A stretch of DNA of 64,000 nt from Candidatus Limnocylindrales bacterium (lineage in GTDB: Bacteria; Chloroflexota; Limnocylindria; QHBO01). The stretch lies in contig DATLGA010000041.1 in NCBI GenBank assembly GCA_035540715.1, positions 17,496 through 81,495 of the forward strand, read 5' to 3'. Below are positions 58,249 to 64,000 of the stretch, piece by piece (within the stretch, counting starts at the first letter, position 1; every line of letters starts with the position of its first letter). The position numbers were made by a program, and so were the translations under genes. Under the pieces are notes generated by a model. The model was not told the origin of the DNA. It saw nothing but the letters and a program-made list of their open reading frames with translations, and did not search any database.

Positions 58249-59630
58249 GGGCGAGCGTCGCCCCGACGCTGTCGGAGGGCCTCGAACGCGATGACCGCCG
58301 CGGCACCGGCGGCCCCGAGCGCTGGCGCATCCTCCCTCCCGTATCCGATCCGAACCAGGCCGTCCGCCTCGTCCACGAACGAGCGAGTCACCCCGCGCCG
58401 CTCACCGCCGATGAGCAGAAAGACGCCGCCGCGCAGATCCGCGTCATGGACCTCGTCGGCGGAGGCGTCCGAAACGGCGCACAGGACCCGCATGCCGGCC
58501 AGGCGGCAATCGGCCGCGGCCTCGTCGGCACTGAGGCTGGTCGCCGTCGGCAGGAGCTCGCTCGTACCGGCGGAGGCGCGCAGGACCGTGCCGGTCGCCG
58601 TCTCCCAGCTCCGGCGGATGACCAGGCCGTCGACGCCGGCGGCGTAGAGGGCCCGGACCGCCTGACCGAAGTTGTATGGGTCCTCGATCCCGTCGAGCAT
58701 GACGACGAGCGACCCCTCCCCCACCTGGGCAGCGAGCTCCCGCACGGAGCGCGTGCGTCGGGCGGCGACCAGGGCGATCACGCCGCCGTGCGTCCGGCCG
58801 GCGGCAAGCTCCTCGATGAGCTCGAGCTCCACCTCGTCGATGAGAACCCCCCGCTCGCGTGCCAGGGCGCGCAGCCGGCCCAGGCGGCGATCGCCCGGAC
58901 GGCGAGCCCAGATGCGGTGGACGTGCCGTTCGCCGGCGGCGAGCACCGCCTCGACCGAGACGTGGCCCTCGACCACCATCGGCCACTGGTTGACAGGCAC
59001 GGCGCCCCGATCGGGTCCGTACGGAACGAGCTCCCCCTCGCCCAGGTACGGCGCCTCGTCCGCGACCGACGGAAGGCCGATCGCCGCGCGACGCGCCTCC
59101 AGCCCGCCGGCATCATCGACCGGCAACGGGAACTCGGGCTCGCCATCGGCCGCGAGGATGACGATCGTGCCGAAACGCTGGCGCTCGCCGGCAACCGCGG
59201 CGACCCGATCGGTCAGGTTGGCGAGATGTCGCGGATCGGCGTCTCCGCGTGCCACGGCTTCGGCGAGCATCGGCAGCCAGGTCGACCGGATCTCGTTGCG
59301 ACGGTCGGCATGCTGAGCGAGCATCCATGCCGCATCGGCGCCGTCGGCCCCGACCTGCCGCAGCCCCGGCCAACCGTGCTCCTCGATAACCTCGGCAAGC
59401 CGGTCGGCGTTGGCGGCATTGATCGACAGCAGCTCATCGGCCTCCGGGGGCGCATCCTCCCACTCGTCGAGGGCGGCGATGAGCGGCGTCGCGACACCGC
59501 CCAGCCGTCGGTCGAGCTCGCGGTCGAGGTCCGGATCGGCGGCGCAGCGGTCGAAGAAGCGGTCAGCGGCGGCGAGCTCGCGTGCGACGATCTCGAGAAG
59601 CTCGGCGCGAAGCTCCGGCAGACGCGGCAC
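58245..59630 (-). CDS. TrmH/SpoU-family RNA 2'-O-methyltransferase (RlmB-like) with ~200-aa N-terminal domain of unknown function
   Basis: C-terminal SpoU motifs (VVMLDGIEDPYNFGQAVRALYAAGVDGLVI, FLLIGGERRGV); N-terminal region with AWMLAQHAD...LTDRVAAVAGERQRFGT has no assignable function. Confidence 0.75.
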   Translation of the reverse strand: MPRLPELRAELLEIVARELAAADRFFDRCAADPDLDRELDRRLGGVATPLIAALDEWEDAPPEADELLSINAANADRLAEVIEEHGWPGLRQVGADGADAAWMLAQHADRRNEIRSTWLPMLAEAVARGDADPRHLANLTDRVAAVAGERQRFGTIVILAADGEPEFPLPVDDAGGLEARRAAIGLPSVADEAPYLGEGELVPYGPDRGAVPVNQWPMVVEGHVSVEAVLAAGERHVHRIWARRPGDRRLGRLRALARERGVLIDEVELELIEELAAGRTHGGVIALVAARRTRSVRELAAQVGEGSLVVMLDGIEDPYNFGQAVRALYAAGVDGLVIRRSWETATGTVLRASAGTSELLPTATSLSADEAAADCRLAGMRVLCAVSDASADEVHDADLRGGVFLLIGGERRGVTRSFVDEADGLVRIGYGREDAPALGAAGAAAVIAFEALRQRRGDARP

Positions 59631-59638
59631 GCGGCGCG

Positions 59639-60937
59639 TCAGCGCTGCGCCGAGGCTCGACGCCGGCCGGTGCGTGCGGCGGCGCTCACCTCGGACGCGA
59701 TCGACTCGGGAAGGTGTCCATGCACCCGCACGCCGCGCTCCTCGTACGCCTCCTCGACGTCCCCCGACGATCGGGCGCGCGCCACGAGCTCGCCGCGCTC
59801 ATACGGCACGACCTCGTCGACGGCGACCATCCCGCCACGAAGGGCGCCGGCGATCCGATCGCCCAGGGCCTCGAGGCCGCGGCCGGTCACGGCGCTCACG
59901 AACGCGGTCCGGTCACTGGCCGGCGGCGTGCCGGCGTCGACCGGCAGCAGGTCGATCTTGTTGTAGACGGTGATACGCGGCTTGTCGCCGGCCCCCAGCT
60001 CGTCGAGCACGGCCTGCACGGCGGCCTGCTGGCCGACGAAGTCGGGGTCCGACGCGTCGACCACCTCGAGCAGCAGGTCGGCCCGCATCACCTCCTCGAG
60101 GGTCGCGCGGAAGGCGTCGACGAGGTCGTGCGGGAGCTTGTTGATGAAGCCCACCGTGTCGCTGACGACCACGGCCTGGCCGGTCGGCAGGACGACCTTG
60201 CGGCTCGTCGGGTCCAGCGTCGCGAAGAGCATGTCGGCGGCGAACAGGTCGGCATCGGCCATGGCGTTGAGGAGCGTGCTCTTGCCGGCGTTCGTGTATC
60301 CGACCAGCGCCACCGTCGCGACCTCGTTCCGATCGCGCTGCCGGGCGGCCGTGGCACGGTGCCGGCGCACGGCGTCCAGCTCCGACCGCACCTTCTTGAT
60401 CTTCTCGCGGACGAGGCGGCGGTCCGTCTCGAGCTGGCTCTCGCCGGGGCCGCGGGTGCCGATCCCGCCACCGGTGCGCGAGAGATGGGTCCACATCCGG
60501 GTGAGGCGCGGCAGGTGGTACTCGAGCGCCGCGAGCTCGACCTGGAGCCGTCCCTCGCGCGTCTTCGCGTGGCGGGCGAAGATGTCGATGATCAGGGCAG
60601 AGCGGTCGAGCACCTTGCACTCGAGCAGCTTTTCGAGGCTGCGCTGCTGGTTCGGATCGAGCTCGTCGTCCACGATGAGCACGTTGAAGTCGCGCGCAAC
60701 CTTCTCGTCGACGAGCTCCGCCGCGCGTCCCTTGCCGAAGTACCACACCGGGTCGGGCCCGGATCGGCGCTGGAAGGCGCTGCCCACCACGGTCGCCCCG
60801 GCTGTCTCTGCCAGGGCGGCAAGCTCGGCCAGCGAGCGACGCACCGGCCACCGGCCATCGCCGGGATCGTCGAGGCCGATGAGGAAGGCGCGCTCGACCG
60901 GGGTGGTGAGGTCGATCATGCGGGCGCGGTCGGACAT
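59639..60937 (-). CDS. hflX: GTPase HflX
   Basis: HflX N-domain, GYTNAGKSTLLNAM G1, DTVGF, NKID. Confidence 0.9.
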   Translation of the reverse strand: MSDRARMIDLTTPVERAFLIGLDDPGDGRWPVRRSLAELAALAETAGATVVGSAFQRRSGPDPVWYFGKGRAAELVDEKVARDFNVLIVDDELDPNQQRSLEKLLECKVLDRSALIIDIFARHAKTREGRLQVELAALEYHLPRLTRMWTHLSRTGGGIGTRGPGESQLETDRRLVREKIKKVRSELDAVRRHRATAARQRDRNEVATVALVGYTNAGKSTLLNAMADADLFAADMLFATLDPTSRKVVLPTGQAVVVSDTVGFINKLPHDLVDAFRATLEEVMRADLLLEVVDASDPDFVGQQAAVQAVLDELGAGDKPRITVYNKIDLLPVDAGTPPASDRTAFVSAVTGRGLEALGDRIAGALRGGMVAVDEVVPYERGELVARARSSGDVEEAYEERGVRVHGHLPESIASEVSAAARTGRRRASAQR

Positions 60938-61086
60938 CTGTTCGACTCATGGTAGCCGATCCCCCGCCGGCGCTCGATCAGACCCACGGGTGCCGACCGG
61001 TACGAAGGTCCTGCTGCCGAACCGCGCCGGAATCTGCCATACCAGACCCGACATATCCGCCCGGGGGACCTGGAGGTAAGGCCGGC

Positions 61087-62691
61087 GTGGACGCACACCC
61101 GGATCGACGTTCTCCGCGCACCCTGAGCACCGGAGCCCTGACCCGCCGCCTGCTCGGCGGCGTCGTCGTCTCGGTGGTGGCGTTTGCGGCCACCTTCCGC
61201 GGCCTGCACTTCGCGCTGGGCGTCGACGAGCTTCCCGCGGCGGTCGTCGCGACCGCCGTGACGCTCGTCCTCGCGGCAACGGCACTCGAGGCCGTCGTCC
61301 GGCCGCTCCTCAGCGCCCAGGCCCACCTCGAGGACCGATACGCGGAGGCCCTCGCGGATGCGCTCCGTGACCCGCTCACCGGCCTCGGAAACCATCGCGC
61401 CTTCCACGAGGAGCTCGATCGCCAGGCCGAGGCGGCCCTGCGGTACGGAACCCCGGTGGCGCTGCTCCTCATCGATCTCGACGAGTTCAAGGCCGTGAAC
61501 GACCGGCTCGGCCACGCCGGCGGCGACCGGCTGCTGCGCGCGTTCGGCCAGCTGCTGAGCACGACCGTGCGACGGGCCGATCGCGCCTTCCGGGTGGGTG
61601 GGGACGAGCTGGCGGTGATCCTGCCGCACACCGACGTCGAGGGTGCTCGCGTCGTCGCCCGCCGCCTGCTGGCCGAGGCCCTCCAGCCATCGATCCGGCT
61701 GGAGGACCACGAGCCGATGTCGTTCTCCGCCGGCCTCTCCGCCATCCCGGAGCTTGCCGACGGCCGCGCGCGCCTCTACGCGCAGGCCGATGCCGCGCTC
61801 TATGCCGCGAAGCGCGGCGGACGAACGGACATCGCCGTGTTCGATCCCGCGACCGAGGTCGATCGTGCGGACGCCGGTGCGGCATCCTCGGCGATCATCG
61901 ACGTCATCGCGCGGGGTCAGCTCACGCCCGTGTACCAGCCGATCGTGGAGCTCGACACCGGACGGGTGATCGGCGTCGAGGGCCTCATCCGGCCGGTGCC
62001 GCCCGCTCCCTTCGCGAACCCCGCCGAGCTTTTCGCCGCGGCAGAAGCCGGCGGCCGGGTCACGGCGCTCGACCTCGCCTGCATCGAAGCGATCGTCGCC
62101 GGTGCGGTGGTCGACCTGGCCACCGACCGGTTCCTCAGCCTCAATCTGTCGCCCTCGACGCTCGAGGCACCCGAGTTCAGCGGCGCCGCGCTGCTCGGCA
62201 TCCTCGCTCGCCACGGGTTCGCACCGACCCGCCTCGTCGTCGAGCTGACGGAGCGCGAGACGCTGCACGACCTGGAGCGCGTTCGGTCCCGGATGGAGAT
62301 CTGCCGCCGGGCTGGCGTCCGCTTCGCGGCCGACGACGTCGGCGCCGGCAACGCCGGCCTCCGCCTCCTCGCCGAGATCAGCTTCGAGATCATCAAGGTC
62401 GACCTCGGCCTCGTTCAACGCAGTGCGTCGGGCGGTCCGTCGAGCGCCGTGCTCGGGTCGGTCGTCGAGCTCGCGTCGAGGACCGGCGCCATGATCGTCG
62501 CCGAGGGGGTCGAGGACGCGTCGCAGCTGCCTCAGCTCACGGCGATGGGCATCACCATCGGCCAGGGCTACCATCTCGGTCGCCCAGGGCGCCTCACGAG
62601 TGACTCCGCCACGGCGGAGGATCGACCCGCTGCCACCGCGACCGGCATGGCGGCCTGGCGCAGCTCGATCGGCCTGCCATCGGTCAGCTGA
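61087..62691 (+). CDS. membrane-anchored GGDEF-EAL diguanylate cyclase/phosphodiesterase-family protein (non-canonical GGDEL and EGL motifs)
   Basis: GTG 61087 after GGAGGTAAGG (ORF-track ATG 60949 also possible); TM segments; RVGGDELAVIL (GGDEL), QPIVELDTGRVIGVEGLIRP (EGL in place of EAL), DDVGAGNAGL, EGVED. Confidence 0.75.
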   Translation: MDAHPDRRSPRTLSTGALTRRLLGGVVVSVVAFAATFRGLHFALGVDELPAAVVATAVTLVLAATALEAVVRPLLSAQAHLEDRYAEALADALRDPLTGLGNHRAFHEELDRQAEAALRYGTPVALLLIDLDEFKAVNDRLGHAGGDRLLRAFGQLLSTTVRRADRAFRVGGDELAVILPHTDVEGARVVARRLLAEALQPSIRLEDHEPMSFSAGLSAIPELADGRARLYAQADAALYAAKRGGRTDIAVFDPATEVDRADAGAASSAIIDVIARGQLTPVYQPIVELDTGRVIGVEGLIRPVPPAPFANPAELFAAAEAGGRVTALDLACIEAIVAGAVVDLATDRFLSLNLSPSTLEAPEFSGAALLGILARHGFAPTRLVVELTERETLHDLERVRSRMEICRRAGVRFAADDVGAGNAGLRLLAEISFEIIKVDLGLVQRSASGGPSSAVLGSVVELASRTGAMIVAEGVEDASQLPQLTAMGITIGQGYHLGRPGRLTSDSATAEDRPAATATGMAAWRSSIGLPSVS

Positions 62692-63616
62692 GGACCGCGC
62701 GGATGCGCTCCTCGGCGGCCGCGACGACCTTCGGATCGTCGCCCGCACGCTCATCGGCGGCGATCCAGCCGATGCGGACGTCGCGACGGAACCAGGTCAG
62801 CTGCCGCTTGGCGTATTGACGGGTGCGCAGCACGGTCCGGGCGATCGCCTCGTCGAGGCTCCACTCCCCCGCCAGGTGTCGCATCGCCTCGAGATAGCCG
62901 TGCCCGGTCATCGGCGCCAGGTCGGGCCCGTAGCCGGCGTCCCGCAGTCGGCGCACCTCGTCGAGCAAACCGCCACTCGTGAACATCCGCCGTGATCGGT
63001 CGTCGATGCGGCGATGCAGCACCTCGCGTGGACGGTCGAGCGCGACAAGGGCGACCGGTCCGGTGTAGGGCATCGCCCGCGGCAGCCGCAGGTCGCCGGC
63101 CTCGGCACGTTCGAGCGCGCGAAGGACGCGGCGCGGGTTGCGCAGGTCAATCCGACCGGCGACATCGGGTGCAAGCAGGCGAAGGCGCTGCACGAGCGGC
63201 TCCACGCCGCGCTCCGCAAGCTCGGCGCTCAGCGCGTCCCGGCGTTCGGGTGACCAGGGCTGGGCGCTGTAGTCGTGTCCGTCGAGGAGGGCGGTGACGT
63301 ACAGGCCGGTCCCGCCGACGAGCACGGGGACGGTGCCCCTCGCGTCGATCTCCGGGAGGAGGCGGCGAGCTCGCTCGACCCACTGCGCGACGGTGAACGG
63401 TTGGTCGGGGTCCACGACGTCCACCAGGTGGTGCGGCACCTGCGCCCGGGCCGCGGCGTCGGGCTTGGCGGTACCGACGTCCATGCCGCGGTACACCTGG
63501 CGCGAGTCGGCGACGAGAATCTCCACCGGCACGCGCCGGGCCAGCGCCATCGCCAGCTGCGTCTTGCCAGAAGCGGTCGGCCCGACCACGCCGACCAACG
63601 CCGGCTCGGCGGTCAT
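62684..63616 (-). CDS. miaA: tRNA dimethylallyltransferase
   Basis: VGPTASGKTQLAMALA P-loop, ILVADSRQVYRGMDVGTAKP. Confidence 0.9.
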   Translation of the reverse strand: MTAEPALVGVVGPTASGKTQLAMALARRVPVEILVADSRQVYRGMDVGTAKPDAAARAQVPHHLVDVVDPDQPFTVAQWVERARRLLPEIDARGTVPVLVGGTGLYVTALLDGHDYSAQPWSPERRDALSAELAERGVEPLVQRLRLLAPDVAGRIDLRNPRRVLRALERAEAGDLRLPRAMPYTGPVALVALDRPREVLHRRIDDRSRRMFTSGGLLDEVRRLRDAGYGPDLAPMTGHGYLEAMRHLAGEWSLDEAIARTVLRTRQYAKRQLTWFRRDVRIGWIAADERAGDDPKVVAAAEERIRAVLS

Positions 63617-63619
63617 CCG

Positions 63620-63642
63620 AGGAGTATATACGGTATATACTC
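63620..63642. repeat. perfect palindrome GGAGTATATA-cgg-TATATACTCC immediately upstream of miaA start
   Basis: Inverted repeat read directly; shares GTATATAC-CGG-(T)ATATAC core with 31916-31940 palindrome; contains TATACT on the miaA strand 7 nt before ATG. Confidence 0.6.
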
Positions 63643-63649
63643 CCCCACC

Positions 63650-64000
63650 CTACACCTCGACGAGCCGCTGCACCAGTTCGATCGCCGATGCGCGGCCGGT
63701 GCCCGCATCGGCCGTGATCACGACGGCGTTGAGGGAGACCGGTCCGTCGGCGACCTGGAACCGCGTCGGCAGATGCCGCGTGAATCGTGGCAGGACGGTA
63801 TCGAGGCTGAAGCCGATGATCGAATCCCGTGGCCCGGTCATGCCGATGTCACTGATGTACGCCGTTCCACCCGGCAGCACGCGCGCATCGGCGGTCGGCA
63901 CGTGCGTGTGTGTCCCGACGACCGCGCTGACGCGGCCGTCCAGGTACCAGCCCATCGCGTTCTTCTCCGACGTGATCTCGCAATGGAAGTCGAGGATGCG
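63650..64000 (-). CDS. YmdB-like (TIGR00282) metallophosphoesterase, C-terminal part; gene continues past window end
   Basis: GWYLDGRVSAVVGTHTHVPTADARVLPGGTAYISDIGMTGP matches calcineurin-like phosphoesterase YmdB family; N-terminus outside window. Confidence 0.6.
   Translation of the reverse strand, partial: RILDFHCEITSEKNAMGWYLDGRVSAVVGTHTHVPTADARVLPGGTAYISDIGMTGPRDSIIGFSLDTVLPRFTRHLPTRFQVADGPVSLNAVVITADAGTGRASAIELVQRLVEV

Overview
High-GC (~70%) bacterial chromosomal segment, densely packed with conserved housekeeping genes, mostly on the + strand; many consecutive genes overlap by 1-4 nt (ATGA/GTGA).

Gene content, in order:
- rlmN, rpe, dtd, rpmB (reverse strand), recG, rsmD, coaD, a coiled-coil protein, yceD(DUF177), rpmF, plsX, a NusB-family protein, acpP, rnc, smc, ftsY, ffh.
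- rpsP, a KH protein, rimM, trmD, rplS, rnhB, yraN.
- rpsB, tsf, pyrH, frr, uppS, cdsA, dxr, rseP.
- nusA, ylxR, infB, rbfA, a DHH phosphoesterase, truB, ribF, rpsO, pnp.
- A family-4 UDG, rnj, ftsK, a RodZ-like protein, yajQ, cinA-C, murC.
- Right-hand end: a 1693-aa multidomain signalling protein (reverse strand), an SLH-anchored Zn-phospholipase-C-like secreted protein, a TrmH-family methyltransferase with an extra N-terminal domain, hflX, a GGDEF-EAL protein, miaA, and a partial YmdB-like phosphoesterase.

Gene order and SLH domains suggest a high-GC Terrabacteria lineage (Actinomycetota such as Thermoleophilia/Rubrobacteria, or Chloroflexota); this cannot be resolved from sequence alone.

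No tRNA, rRNA, CRISPR or mobile elements were detected by eye.

Most notable items:
1. The pnp gene encodes a polynucleotide phosphorylase with an intact DnaQ-like DEDDh 3'-5' exonuclease domain nested inside its all-alpha linker region, a phosphorolytic/hydrolytic hybrid I do not recognise as a described architecture.
2. A giant receptor-like protein with class III nucleotidyl cyclase, degenerate AAA-type P-loop, STAND-like P-loop (Walker B LLLIVDQFEELF), a TM helix and a C-terminal PD40/WD40-like beta-propeller.
3. A structured nusA leader with promoter, palindrome and intrinsic-terminator-like attenuator.
4. Two related AT-rich perfect palindromes (GTATATA(C)CGG(T)TATATAC core) in an otherwise GC-rich genome.
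5. A recurring GCTATACT -10-like motif upstream of ribosomal-protein operons.

The many long antisense ORFs in the track are GC-driven artefacts.
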